Part shown: in pieces, positions 35,600-50,400 of the stretch | Layout of the letters: every line of letters starts with the position of its first letter | Numbering within the stretch: the stretch's first letter is position 1 | From: Octopus sinensis | Lineage: Eukaryota | DNA: 64,000 bases | Reading direction: 5' to 3' | Assembly: GCF_006345805.1 (NCBI RefSeq) | Contig: NC_043006.1 | Coordinates: 34,286,001-34,350,000 of the forward strand | The notes under the pieces: model-generated | Databases searched by the model: none | What the model was told of the DNA's origin: nothing | Seen by the model: only the letters and a program-made list of their open reading frames with translations | Made by a program: the position numbers and the translations under genes

Positions 35600-35870
35600 T
35601 GTCAATCCTCACTTGCACCTCAAGATCTGCTCTTCTTTGAGGCCCTCTCTCTTCCAGGTTTTGTTAGTTTCACTGCTTTTGTAACTTTGCTTTTTCCCTA
35701 AGTGTGGGAGGATGTTGACCTCATGCAAACCCATTTTTACCTCAGGAAAGAGGTGGCCTATATTAGTCTGGCCTCTAACCTTTGACCTGTTCAGCATGGG
35801 AAACCCAACCAGAGGTTGTACTCCACTGGTTTAGTTCTCAGGGTCATTGAGACATAACCCGCCACACCAA
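35600..35870 (-). mobile_element. Probable RTE-clade LINE 5' region remnant
   Basis: Minus strand tatgtctcaatgaccctgagaactaaaccagtggag...cccatgctgaacaggtcaaaggttagaggccagactaa resembles RTE/Expander 5' leaders (from memory). Confidence 0.4.
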
Positions 35871-38800
35871 AACAAAACAAAACACTAGATCTTGTGGTGG
35901 ATCCAGCATTTAGTTATGGTTTCTTTTTATGTTCTGAGTTCAAACACTGCTATGATCAATTTTACATTTCATCTTTCCAAGGATCAATAAAATAAAATAC
36001 CAATAAAATACAGGGGTAGGGTTAATAAAATAAAGTTATTATTGATTTTGCTCATTCATGTAGCACCAATGTAGGAAATCAATAATTATATATACTAAAA
36101 TCTGAGCAGTTAATTTATATAGAATGTTTTTGTTTACTTGCAGGGGAGGGCGAGTTCTGACCTTTCCTATGAACTGAAGAGGATGACTGCACTCCACTCC
36201 AGAACAAAGGAGCCAACAAAGAAGCTTCTACATAGTTACTCAATTTGCTTGAAATAGTAACCTAAATCTCCCTCATAATCATGCCCCATCATCTCATCTT
36301 AACCCTTTAGCAATTAAACTGACCATAATACAGCCCAAATATTCTTCCTGTTTCATGATCAAACTGGCCAGATCCAACTTTTCATACCTACCCTACAATG
36401 TCATTCTAAAAGTAAACAGTTACATCATCGAAATCTCAAAGCTACAATGCATGATTAATTGACAACAGCATGAATAAATAAGCACAAGATTGGACAGAAT
36501 AATCCGAATGCTAAAGGATTAAACGAGCAAATACATTAATTAATCTGGTCCCACACTCCCTTCATAGAAACAGGACTGTCACAAGTGGAATGGCTTTCAT
36601 TATTATGTTAGCTCAATCTAACAAAATCTCTTGGTGTTTCATCTACAAGGTAACCAAGAGTTATCTTCCCCTGGATAAGGTTACATTTAAAGTGATAAGG
36701 GTGTAATCCCCCTCCTTGCCACCAGCATCACAATTACCATAATTATCCTTCAGAGCCCTTTGGTAATACTCCTTCGCTCATATATCACCACATATCTAAA
36801 CAATTGTTTCATTATACTGAAATAAAAGAACTATACGACATCGGGTAATTTCTCCAGTATTTTATCCACAAGGGAACTGGAATGTTTGCCTTCTACTCCC
36901 AGCCACCTTCACTGGGAATCACCATTTCTTTCCGTTTCCTTCACCCCAAATGTTTTCATTATTTTTTTGTCTCGTTTTCCCATTTCCTTCAGTAACAATG
37001 GATACAAAACACACAAATATACATACATACATATACACAAATAGACCAACATACATATGTATTCACATAGACCAACACACATCTACATAAATATATATAT
37101 ATATATATATATACAATTATGTACGTGTGTGTACGTATATATATATATATATATATACACACATGTACATACAAAGAATAACACACAGAAGTTGAAACAG
37201 GATTAAGTACATCACCCCCACTTCCCACTACTTCCCAAACAAAACAAAAAATAATTTTGTAAAACCTTGCTTAGAGGGCAAAAACAACACCCAAAGAAAA
37301 TAAAAGCCAAATAAATCACATTAGCTAGCGTGTTACCCTCATCGCAACAGATTTATAATGCACCAGTTGATCGGAACTTAAGGCCCCCCAAGAAAGGGAA
37401 TTTTGCAGTGAGATAGGGGAGGGAATGGGGAGAGGACTTTGAGATAGGGTGGTCGGAGGGAAGCACCAAATGAAATACAGATGTTTTAAAATTAACAGTC
37501 TTGATTTTATTTTTCAGACTAGAGTTTCAACAATGTATTAAGCTTTTGTCCATACACTGTCGCAAGCATTTACTTGCAGCAGTTTAAGGTTAGCAGTTAG
37601 TAGCAGCCAGACTTTGCAATACCAAGGATATGCACCAACCTCAGTAAATTAACAAGCGTGACGGTTCATGTTGCATATTTTCTTGATGTTTGTAGTAATT
37701 GAGTCTTTGTGCTAAACATTAGAAGACACAGTTAAATTGTATGCATGTTTTCTTAATGTGTAAAATGATTGTATGTTTGTGTTGTATATAAGTAGACACA
37801 CAGACATGTTTTAGACCATAGGTTCTCAAAGTAGGTGCTACTGCCACCCCACCTCCGTGGGGCGCTAGTGCTTAAGGGGGTGGTAGTAAAAAAGGGGCTA
37901 GGAAGAAGGTAGTGGATTGAGGGACGCTATGAATTTATTATAATTATTATTATAGTATAGTATACAAATTATATAATATTCTTTTCTACTCTAGGCACAA
38001 GGCCCAAAATTTTGGAGAGTTGGGGGCTAGCTGTTTACGTCAACCCCAATATGCAACTGGTACTAATTTATCAATGCTAAAAGGATGAAAGGCAAAGTTG
38101 ACCTCAGCAGGATTCAAACTCAGTGATGGGTGAAATATTGCTAAGCATTTTGTCCAGCATGCTAACAATTCTGCCAGCTTGCTACCAATAATAATAATAA
38201 TAATAATAATAATTTCTACTATAGGCAAAAGGCCTGAAATTTGCGAGGAGAGGAGGGCTAATCATTTACATCAATCCCAGTGTGTAACTGGTACTTAATT
38301 TATTGACCCCCAAAAGGATGAAAGGCAAAGTTGACCTCAGCGGAATTTGAACTCAGAACATAGCGATGGGCGAAATATCGCTAAGAATTTCATCCAACGT
38401 GCTAATGATTCTGCCAGCTCACTACCATAAAAATATTAATAATAATGATAATAATAATAATTTCTAAATCAGGTACAACAAGATCTCATATCTAGAGTAA
38501 AAAGATTTGATTATATCAACACCAGTATTTGAAGGATAATCATGATTTCTAAGAATAGAACAAGGTCAACATTGAAACTTCTTATGTTTAATATTAATGT
38601 TAAATAACAACAACAAAAATGAAAAAAAAAAAAGAAAATGCAAAAGAAATGTTTAAGGATTTCTTTTCATGTTAAATGAGCTGAACTTTAATGTGTTATT
38701 CAGGGCCTTATGAGAGAGATATGCCAGGGATACAGTATATCTGGGCTGAGGAATTTCTTGGGATTTCAGAAAATGCTTGCATGCATGGTCGTGTGGTTAA

Positions 38801-39363
38801 GAAATAGACTTCAAACTTTGCAGCTTTGGAATCAGTTCCATTGCGCAGTACCTTCGGAAAGCCCCAGATTGAAATGATGTCTTGTGAGTGAATTTGGTGG
38901 ACAGAAACTGCAGAAGCACATTGTGTGTGCATGCATGCATGTGTGTATGAGTGTGTGTAGATAAATGATAGAAAATGGAATTACACCATTAGTACGCTGG
39001 TGACAGGTTGTGTAATCATTATCGTACACCGAAGGTGTAAAATGTGCCTTCTCAGGTGATCGTTTAGAGAAGTCCTTTCTTAGATCATACAGTCATTTCA
39101 CTCAGTGTCAGAATGCTGGATAAAGCATACAAGACTTTGGCCCAAATCTTATTTAACTATACACACATATAGAATGTGTATATAGGAGCAAGAGTAGCTG
39201 TGTGGTAAGAAGCTTGCTTCCCAACCACATGGTTCCGGGTGCAGTCCCACTGCGTGGAACCTTGAACAAGTGTCTTCTACTATAACCTCAGGCTGACCAA
39301 AGCCTTGCGAGTGCTTTTGATAAATGGAAACTGAAAGAAGCCAGTCAAATATATATATGTATA

Positions 39364-39422
<59 letters not shown>

Positions 39423-41841
39423 GTATTTGTGTGTCTGTGATTGTCCTCCCACCATCGCTTGACAACCGATGTTGGTGTATTTACATCCCCGTAACTTAGC
39501 AGTTTGGCAAAAGAGACCGATCGAATAAGTACTAGGCTTACAAAGAATAAGTCCTGGGGTCGATTTGGTCAACTAAAGGCAGTGCTCCAGCATAGCTGCA
39601 GTCAAATGACTGAAACAAGTAAAAGAGTAAAAGAACAATGTATCTGTGAATTTTTGTTTGGCTCTCAACTGCTTGACAACCAGTGTTGGTTTGTTTTCAT
39701 CCACTTAACTTAGTGGTTTGGCAAAACCGGAAGAATAAAAGAATATAACTCAAGACTAGCATTAGAGAAAAGGAGTGAAGAATAAAAGACACTTTGTATT
39801 TCTTCTTAAAATTCTTCTGGCTTTCTGTTGGATTTCCATTGTAACTATGACGCCATGTTTCCTAGTGTTTTTCTCTTCTCTTTCGAGGAACCATGAATTT
39901 CCTCGACTGATTCGCCAAATCATGGGTGTATTAAGAGTAATTATAATTGTTTTTCCTTGTCATAAGGGTGCCTAATATGTTTGGAAGATTTTTAATAATG
40001 GTGATCAACAAAGAGAAAGGCACTGAAATGAAGCTAATTAATTAATTAATCATGTAAAGTATAGGGTAAACGGATAATCGTTAAATGTATTAAATGAATC
40101 TGAATCAAAATTAGAACTGTAATGTCTGACTTTATGTAAAATGCGTTTAACTTAGATAATTTTTTTGAAAATGCAGAAACTGAAATATAATTACACAAAA
40201 TAATAGAAGCGCGTGTATCAAATGGATGATGTAACTGCATGCTGTTTGATCGACACCAGGTAATAAAGGACCTCTTGCATAGGCTCGGGAAGAAGGGGTG
40301 CAGGGTGTGCAAGCATACCCCTTAATTTTTTGAGGTGGAACATCTGGAGTTGACTTAGGTTTGCGACCCTTAAGCAAATTTCGTTCCCCACCCTTATGAT
40401 CCTCTGGTTAACGAACTGCCCAAGCTCCAAATATGCCACACGACTGAAAAGGACTGATGTTAAAAGCCGGTTCACAAATAAATTGCTTCTTATCCTAGCT
40501 GGCCATCAAAACTACTATCTAATAATTTTAGTAGAATGAAACCCCGCTTAATTACGGGAGAAATTATAACGTGAAAAAAAAAAAAAGATAAACCTTCACC
40601 AAATTACCAGTATGTTTGCTTTTACCTGTTTATATAATTTTAATTTTCGATAAACAGAGATGTCATAGAAGCGATAAAAAAAGACGCCCAAATTTTCTAT
40701 CATAAACAAAACGCCACACATTGTATGTGCGGTGGTGGATAGTGGGGGTATAGACGATATTGTCAACCCGACCCCGGAAGAATGTAAGGCAAAGTTGACC
40801 TTGGTGGGATTTATATTCACGCAACGTGAAGCGACGAAACTAAATACCGCAAAGTATTTTGTCAAATGCTCTATCTATTTTGCCTGTCTTTTCTACTCTA
40901 GGCACAAGGCCCGAAATTTTGGGGGAGGGGCGCTAGTAGATTAGATCGACCCAAGTATGCAACTGGTACTTAATTTATCGACCCCGAAAGGATGAAAGGC
41001 AAAGTCAACCTCAGCGGAATTTGAACTCAGAACATAAAGACAGACGAAATGTCTATTTCTTTACTACCCACAAGGGGCTAAACACAGAGGAGAAGACAAA
41101 CAAGGACAGACATATGAATTAAGTCGATTATATCGATCCCAGTGCGTAACTGGTACTTAATTTATCGACTCCGAAAGGATGAAAGGCAAAGTCGATCTCG
41201 GCGGAATTTGAACTCAGAACGTAAAGAGACGAAATACCGCTATGCATTTCGCCCGGCGTGCTAACGTTTCTGCCAGCTCGCCGCCTTCGATTCTGCCTGT
41301 CTTAAAATCCATTGTCTTTTCCTAGTCAAAAAAAAAAAAAAAGAATGCAAGACGACCAAACTAAGCGTCAACAAAAATAATTTCCAAGAACCGTACCAGG
41401 CCAGAAATTTGCATAGTCGATTATTGATCCGAGATAAGTTAAATGCAAGTCTATTGATCCGAGATAAGTTAAATGCAAGTCTTTGAATTCTGAGATTTGA
41501 ACCCAGAATGTAAAAACCACAGTAAATAAAGCAAAGCCGCTACCGATCGTCACCCACCATTCTTTATATACAGTTATATTACTACTTCACAATAATAATT
41601 AAACTATAAAATGTAGTGAAACTGTGTCAGTAACCTGACAGTGAAACATTTTAGTATATAATTCTATTACAAAAGAACAAACCAGTTCGCTAAATCAAAA
41701 CAAATGTGAATATAATGTTACATGTGTTTTTATCATGACAATACCACCATGTATGTAATGGTTTCGCTTTAAACACACCATGTGAGGAGATCAAATAACA
41801 TTAACTAACAAATAAAAACTTAAAATTAATTAATACAGTAC

Positions 41842-41877
41842 CTTGCAGTAATATTTGTAAGGATTAAACATCTTCAT
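41842..41877 (-). CDS. NOSTRIN: Candidate alternative first coding exon B of NOSTRIN (MKMFNPYKYYCK)
   Basis: aaccATG context, 12 codons, phase-0 donor AAG|GTACTG, directly downstream of a CpG-dense segment. MFNPYKYYCK|GVNGF resembles a normal short FCH N-terminus. Confidence 0.6.
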
Positions 41878-41999
41878 GGTTACAACCAACGGTACAATTC
41901 CAACGATATGTAAATATATATGTCTATATATACGTAGATGTGAGTATGCTATTATTTATCCACACAGCAATCCGGTAATATGGTAGTTCATAGTTCGAG

Positions 42000-42360
42000 G
42001 AGAGAATAAACTTAAAGACAGATAGACGAAGATAGCCTCAACTGTAACTACATACGTATACGTCGTCGGCCGCTTTCTAACAATATTTCTCCAGCTGTTT
42101 CACAAATAAAGTCTCAGCTTGTCATTGTAGGTATAGGATGGCGAGTGGGGGGCGGGTCGCCTTGGGACTTGTGACGACAGTCGAGCGATTCATTCGGTCG
42201 GTGGCGGCAATCAGCATTGATGATAACAGTTAATAATAATAACAATAAATAACGGTATATAATTTGCTCTGACTTCAGTACGGCTTTTAAAAAACAGTAA
42301 ATTTCTCCCTACACGTTTGTCGTTACGAAGACGGCCGGTTGCACCGAATTGAATGTATGT
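42000..42360 (-). promoter_or_regulatory. CpG-dense putative promoter/5'UTR of the exon B isoform
   Basis: I count 23 CpG in 42001-42360 versus 1 in 5041-5400. A GC-box GGGGCGGG lies at 42149-42156, about 120-480 nt upstream of the ATG at 41877. Confidence 0.5.
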
Positions 42361-43404
42361 GTGTGTTTGTGTGTGATTTCAGTACGAATGCCTCTTTTAA
42401 GATAGACATAAACACACACGCACATATATATAACAGTTCCTGTACAGAATCAAATTAATTTATATTTCCGCACTGTCAGTAAAGAGAATGTGGAGCCAGT
42501 GAGGAAGCCTGTACTAGGACCCTCGACTTGCTAGAGATAGCAAGCAACTCCCTTTCAAGTTCACAGCTAAACACTAACAGCCAGATAATAATAGTTTGTG
42601 AGACATCATTAAAAATACGACGCTCTGCTTTCTCATTGCATTCTTATTCTTACAGAGCAGACAATGCTATTAAGCCTTAAGGCACAGAAGCCTTAATTCG
42701 TAATCCTTTCCACCCCTGCTTCACTTAATCTATGTGCAGTAACTGCTGATAAACACGAGACGAGGGGACTACTACATCAGCTCCAAATAATTACATCCTT
42801 CCATATTGACAAAGAAAGGGTACTAGGCTAATGAATGATGGTCATGGATGGAATACAGGGTAGGGCTGGATCAGGGCAGACTTGGGGGTTAACAAACGAC
42901 ACGAATGAGTGCACGAAACCTGTATTAACATAAATCTATGCATAACATTCTACGCACAAAACTTAGTAAGTTTGTGTATGGAAGTATAAAGAGAGCCTCA
43001 ACGCAATTTTTCATTGGATATTTATACATAATTCATGACTGTAAACAACTCGTTTTTGATAGAGGCATGTACTATTTTGTGTGTGTGTGTGTGTGTGTGT
43101 GTGATTGAGGGAGAAAGAGAGAAAAAAGAAAGAAAGAAAGAGAGAGCTGTTTGTTGTGATACATAAAACCTGTCTTTAGCTAAATTTTAATTGCGTTTTT
43201 TTCCTTTTTGTTTCAGCCATTTGACTGCGGCCATGCTGGAGCACTGCCTTTCAGACGAACAAATCGACCCCCAGGACTTATTCTTTGTAAGCCTAGTACT
43301 TATCATATCGGTCTCTTCTGCCGAACCGCTAAGTTACGGGGACGTAAACACACCAGCATCGGTTGTCAGACGATGGTGGGGGACAAAGACAGACACACAA
43401 ACAT

Positions 43405-43466
<62 letters not shown>

Positions 43467-45039
43467 TATATATACGACAGGCTTCTTTCAGTTTTCATCT
43501 ACCAAATCCACTCACAAAGCTTTGGTCGGCCCAAAGCTATATTAGAAGACACTTGTCCAATGTGCCACGCGGAACCATGTTGTTGGTAAGCAAGCCACTT
43601 ACCACACAGCCACTCCTGCGCCTATATATATATATATATATATATACATGCCTGTCTTTGTTTGCCCCCCTCCCCGCCACCATTGCTAAACAACCGATGT
43701 TGGCATGTTCGTGTCCCTGCAACTTAGCAAGTCAGCAAAAGAGACTGAAAGAATAATTACCAAACCTTATTAAAAAATAATTTTACTGCGGTTGATTCAT
43801 TCAACTAAAAATTCTTCAAGGTGGTGCTCCAGCATGGCCGTAGAGAGGGAACACTAAAGAATAAAAGAATATATGTATACGTATGTATATGCGTGTGTGT
43901 ATGTATGTTTGTATGTGTATGTCTCCCAACACCGCTGGTTTGTTTCCGTTCCTTTAACTTGGTGTCAGAAGCGAACGATAAAATAATAGACATCAAAAAA
44001 AAAAAAAAAAAGCACAGGCGTCGATGTGTTCAACTAAAAAAAAACCCCTTCAAAGTAATGCTCTAGCATGGCCTGAGTCCAATGACTTAAATAGATAAAA
44101 GCAATCTATTTGTTTATCTGTAAAGTGGGGGAACAAACATCGCAAGGTATTTATTCCCATATCCTTCAGAGATTGAAGAAAAATGAGGATAAATACCTTG
44201 TGGTATTAATGCCCGTTCTTTTACCATCTGAATTCAAATCCCATCGTGGTGAGCTGTATCTTTTATCATTCCAGGTTAAATAAAATGAATGGTCAGTCAA
44301 TACGATCGACTGTTTCCCCGCTGGAAATTTATATCATTGCGCTGATATTGGTATCAATCATGTCCTTTACACCTTCTGGGAATAGAAACGTCACAGTGAA
44401 ATAGGAAGCCTCTACAAAGTTACCCGAACTGTTGGAAACAGCAGCTAAATCTCCCTCAGTTCATATCCTATCGCTTTTTTTTTTTTTGTAACGAATATGA
44501 AGAATACGTAGGATTATCCCATTCCAAACACCATGAAATGGTCATGACTGGAACGCTTTTGAGTATAGGCCTGTTCATTCAACGAACTCCATTTGCCCAG
44601 AACACAAGAGAGAAAAAAAAAAGTTGCTTTTCATTTGGGTCCACAGGGTAGATATTTTCGTTTTCTTGTAGAGGTTATGGTATTCGGTTCGCTGGTCTTT
44701 TTTAAGACAATAAAAAACAGGCAAGTTTGGAGGTAAAAAAAAGAAATTGGGAATAGCCGAAAGATGACAAAATGATATATGAGGAGAAAATTGAGAAAAG
44801 CTTGAAGCGTTAGAAACGTTAAGAATTAATGAAAGTTGAAAAACTGCATCATTTTTGACAGGTACTTCACTTATGTGTGTGTGTGTGTGCAATTATACAC
44901 ACATATTTTCAACACCATATATAAAGATGCAGTTAATGAGAAAATAAACTGCAGCAAGTATTTCTAAAAACAAAGCACCGCCTCCCTCCTTCACACATCT
45001 AGTTAGCAACCAAGACCAAATATGCTAGTGAAGTCCTAT

Positions 45040-45272
45040 CTATCATATCATCTATCTATCTATCTATCTATCTGACTGTCTATCGATTTATCTATCTATC
45101 TATCAGATCATCCATCTATCTATCTGTCTGTCTATCTATCCATCCATCCATCATATCTCTATCTATCTATCTGTCTGTCTGTCTATCTATCCATCCATCA
45201 TATCTCTATCTGCCTATCTATCTATCTATCTATCTATCGATCTATCTATCTATCCATCCCATCTATCTATCG
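45040..45272. repeat. Compound (TCTA/TCCA/TCTG)n microsatellite
   Basis: Seen directly. Confidence 0.95.
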
Positions 45273-47413
45273 TGAGGCGTGCGTGCTTGTGTTTATATAC
45301 ATGACACACGAAACCTGTCAGCTGTTCTTGAAGAATGTATCCTTGTTATTTATTACAAATATAAGCAATATAAGAAAAGAAGCGAGCCAACGAGGGAGAC
45401 ATCATCTACGTAGCCACTGAGTTTGCCTGAAACAGCAGCCAAATCTTCCTGAAAGCGTAGGGCATATTGACATGCCTACTCGAGGGAAGGTGGGCGATGA
45501 TCACAGCTAAAACTCTTTCGATTCAGAAGTCGATACGATCGGGGTTGTCTTAGGAACTAATAAAGAACAGCATCAAGAGTCAATTCACGGCAATGAATGT
45601 GCTTGAACGTGCTTTAACCATCACTAAATAATTTACTGAAGCACACGCGCACGCGCACACATACATATTCATAATCATACACGCACAGTTATGTATACAT
45701 ACCTTCTGCATGCTCACACACACATACACACACAATCCATTTCCCATCATTTGCAACATGTTGAGTGCATATGCATGCACGCACGCAAACATACATACAT
45801 TATGTAAATAACCTCCATGTATTACATGCATGCTTACATATATACACTTAATTCTTCACCGCAACCAGCATGACCCAAAAAATAAATTACGAGTGACAGA
45901 GGAAGGACGGAAGCATAGGGGGGGGGGGTAAAAAAGATCGTTGCTATTGGTGGGGAGGCTGGTAGCGAGAAGGATGATGATGTGTTTATATAGGGCAAAG
46001 AGGATGCCGACATAAAGTGACAAAACAGGCGATCATGTGATACAATAAATAAATAAATAAATAAATAATCCGTCTAGTTTTTGTAACGACATAGAAATAT
46101 TTCGCAGAGATGTCTTCTGCATAATGTATACATAGTTAAGTGAGAGCTAACATAATTTAATGTAATTAGCACCCCGGCCCCGCACAGATGGTAATAATTT
46201 AAAAATTAACTGTACTGTAAAGACTGATTATCAGTGTTAATGATAACTTTTGTTCAAGTCAAGGGTGACAACTCTGAAGTCCATTACAGTCAGAATACAT
46301 CCCAAATCATTAGAACGAGGAAGAGGTCATTTAATGTCTACTAATAATTGTTCAATTGGATGAATACTTTATTTTTATAGCACACCTGGCATTTGGTGCA
46401 AGACTTGCTGCATTTCTTCAACAGAAAACGGTCAGGCACATGTTTTTTTTTTTATAAAATGAAGCATTCTAGAAAGACAACCTTCCGGACGGTTTTCTGC
46501 TAGTCGCTAAATATTTACACTTTTGATTCGAAATTTGAGTAATTTTTCTGGTACGTTACAACTAATTTCCCTTTGTATCCTTTATTAACTCAGTAAACGA
46601 ATTTAGAATAACATCAAACATTTAAAGCATCAGAATTTATGAAGAAATAAAATAGTATAGTCACTTAACTAAGCTACGTAGAAGTCCTTAATATATCAGA
46701 TTTTGTACTTTGCACGACTGTTTTATGATTGAACTGTGCCGTTGAAGTCTTCAATAATAATAATAATCTTAAAAATCACATTTTTTAATTAAAAAAATCA
46801 TTAAAATTGGAATTTATAAGAATTTTCGAAATAGTGTAGACTTTAATAATTCTTTTCTTTTCGTAAAAGATATATACTCCAAACTAATCAACATACAGCT
46901 TTATTATAGTATAGATACCTGCCATCAACCAAGGAATAATGTAATTCTACAGTTATTCTAATAAAACGTTTGCACTGATCGTAATTTACTTTATTTTATT
47001 AGCAATTAGGTGAATCGGTCAATTAATTGACCGATTAATTAATTACCAATTATATAGTAAACCGATAAAAAAACCCAATGTGATTTATAACCCAGTGTAT
47101 GTGTTATACTAATATACTATAAAAAAAAAATCCTGCAGGATGGTCACTGCCGGACTCTTTTCTTCAAAAATTTCTTTTATATGAGAAATACAAATAAACA
47201 TATCTGAACCAGTGAAAGAATAATCACGCAATCGCTCTACCTGCTAGAAATAGCAGTCAAATTTCCCTGAAATCCCATACAAACGTTCTTAAAATAGAAA
47301 AACAAAAATCATTTGACAGTTTAGTCCCTGAAAGAAAAGAAGATGGAATGATTATGGCAGGAACGCCTCTTATAAGGAAAAAAAGAAAAGTCTTCGTGAG
47401 CAGACCTGCCTCT

Positions 47414-47467
47414 GAACTAAACACCATCAAGAACAACACACAGAACGGTTACCCTGACGACCATTTG
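47414..47467 (+). mobile_element. Possible Penelope RT C-terminal remnant (ELNTIKNNTQNGYPDDHL)
   Basis: Resembles the EL..I......NGYP motif that follows the RT in Penelope elements. Short, so uncertain. Confidence 0.35.
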
Positions 47468-50400
47468 GACCAGCATTCACATGGCGTTGAGTGCTGCTAA
47501 AAATAGCAGCAAGAAAGAACAGTATTTTGCAACATCAACTGTTCCTTCTGAACCAAAGAGATATAAAGAGTGAGGCAGAAGAGACAGCCTGTAGTTCAGA
47601 GACTGGAGTGTGTCTCAGAGCGAGCCAGAGAAGAGACAGCAGATACGAGAACACAGTTTCTTTCTGTATTTCTCCCCCATCCTGATTTTCCCTTAGCTAT
47701 GAGAAGAAATAAATGGTTCTGTGTATAACATAATTTATTGCATAATAAGAACAACTTTACATCAACCGGTTATTAATATCCTTTAAAAATCAATATTAAG
47801 GAAAGCAGAGACGGCGAGTTGGAAGAAACGTTGGCGAGTCGGGCAAAATGCTTAGCGGTATTTTGTTCATCTTTACCTTCTGAGTTCGAACTCCGCCGAG
47901 GTTGACAGAAAGATTTCCTCCCCTGCCCCATTTCCTCTCAATTCTTCCCCCACAACCCTCCGTTTTGGGATACGGAGATTCCGGAAAATTGCCAAATATC
48001 GACGTTTTGAAATTTCTTCATTTTTTTAACTTTTTTCCCTAACTACAGAAATTTTAGGAATTTTTTTCAGAATCATAATCTCCATATTTTTCCACATATT
48101 AAAAAACAAAAAATCCCTAAAAAAGCAAAAAAAAAAAAAATGAAGTTATTGGGGGAAGGAAGGGGGGGGAGGGCGAAATTACAAAATGCTGATTTTTGCC
48201 AATTTTTATTTTTTTGCAGATTCGTATTCTCCGTAGCCGAAAACGGGGGTTTGTGTGGAAAAAAAAAAAGTGGGGGTGGTACAAAAGGAAGTCTTGCCAG
48301 GTTAACTTTGCCTTTCACCCTCGGGATCGATAAAATAAGTACATGCTGGGCACTGAGGTCAAATCAATCAATTTATCTCCTCCCCGGAACTTGCTGGCCT
48401 AGTGCCAAACTCTAAAACCAATATATATATATATATTTATTGCCCACAGGCGGCTAAACATAGAGAGGACAAACAAGGACAGACAAAGGGGTTAAGTCGA
48501 TTACATCGACTCCAGTGCGTAACTCGTACTTGTTTAATCGACCCCGAAAGATTGAAAGGCAAAGTCGACCACGGCGGCAGAATTTGAACTCAGAATGTAG
48601 CGGCAGGCGAAATACCGCCAAGCATTTCGCCCGGCATGCTAACGATTCTGCCAGCTGGCCGCCCTCTAAAACCAATATTAAGGAGAACCAGTCTTGCGAA
48701 CACAATATCAATAATGATGCAGTATTTTTCAAGTCAAAGCACCATTTGCTCACCGAATTCCTCCTGAGAAAGAAAACGTACACATCGACCCTGCTAAAAT
48801 TTACCGTTGTATGCAGCGGGTACATTGAATAATTGGTAACTGTTTAAGATATAAAACTGTGTTGAGTCTCAGAGCCTGAAGTGAGACACGAAATAATGTG
48901 TGTGGATGAATCTGGAACACCAAAGGTCAATTGTTTTACTGCTGGATGCGCTCTTTTAGTCGTATAGGAACAGTGTACCTGTTCTAAAAGCAGGACATAC
49001 ACATATTCTGTGTGTGTATGTGTAAGGACATGAACACCGAGAGTACCTGTGTATATATCGCATTATTTTATACTTGATTTCAATTGAGAAAAAAAACTGG
49101 GGTGCAACTAGTATACGACGAATAAATACGGATGAGAGAGAAGGAGAGAAAGAAGAGCGCACACGCATATACAAACACACAGAGTTATGAACACATTTAT
49201 ATACACTATGTATAACAATACACACACACATCCAGCGTTACATCTACACAGAATACAATACACACGTACATGAACCATATCACAGACACACACTGTTTAT
49301 AATTCCTAATTTTATAGTTTGTATCAATGTTTGAATTGTTTTTACATAGAACCACGACTAAAACATGTCTGTTTAGAAAACATCAAACAGTTTCCCTCTT
49401 GTTTATTTTATTTTCTTTCATCTTTCATTGAGCTTTTGATTTATTTTTGATAGATTCATCTTGCTGTTGTTATTGTACTAGTTATTTTATCCTATGATTG
49501 TTGTTGCTGTTGTAGTCGTTGTTGGTGATGGCTGGGCTGGTTGTTTTGATGGTACTTGCATTATTGCTAACAGTTTATCGAAATATCATAAATGTTAGAC
49601 AGAACATTAGATTATATATTCACATTACACCAGATAAAAATTCAATAAAAACACTGCTTCATAAAATGTTGCATTGAGTTGAAGACTTTGGAAAGCAGCG
49701 AACTTGGTAGAGGCGTTGGAACAGCGGAGGAAACATTCCTTGTAAAATTTGTTTCTAAGCTCCGAGTTCGAATTTTATTAAGTTCAACTTATGTCTTTCA
49801 TCCTTTCACAGCCAAGAAAAGTAATAAGTCCCCAGCCCCTCTCTCTGGATTGCTTGGGTCACACCGTTAAAAGGGTCTTAGGATGCTAAAAGTGGATAGG
49901 AGTAGGGGTAATGCAAAAGCAACCGTTTCTCAGAGAAAACGTGAATGCATCTGGAATTGTCCAAATACATCAGACAATAGTGTAGCTGCGAGGGAAGAAT
50001 TGTTTTGTTTTTTTTTGGGGGGGGGGTCCTTCCTAGACGGAACTTTTATAGGGGGAAGTACCTGAAAAGGTGGAGAATGGGTGCTACAAAGTTGAGCACA
50101 GAACAGAAATAATAAAAAAAAAAGGAGTAGGAGTGGCTGTGTGGTAAATAGCTTGCTTACGAACCACGTGGTTCCGGGCTCAGTCCCACTGCGTGGCACC
50201 TTGGGCAAGTGTCTTCTACTATATACTTGGGTCGACCAAAGCCATGTGAATGGATCTGGTAAACAGAAACTAAAAGAAGCCCGTCGTATATATGTATATG
50301 TATCTGTTTGTCCCCCCCAACATCGCTTGACAACCGATGCTGGTGTGTTAATGTCCCTGTAACTTAGCGGTTCGGCAAAAGAGACAGATAGAGTAAGTAC

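Noticed and set aside
41422-41481. 30-bp tandem duplication (also 22-bp at about 4505-4550 and one within the SINE at about 56560-56605) as a CRISPR-like array
   Set aside because: Only two units, no spacers, and a eukaryotic context; ordinary local duplications.
43208-43756. 182-aa ORF
   Set aside because: Built from SINE family 2 plus (CA)/(TA) repeats.
27646-45272. Long-range pairing of the GATA and TATC tracts
   Set aside because: They are 17 kb apart and such tracts are abundant, so there is no specific evidence.
47510-47730. Possible solo LTR (TATAAA, AATAAA, ends in ...TAACA)
   Set aside because: No clear TG start or TSD could be identified.
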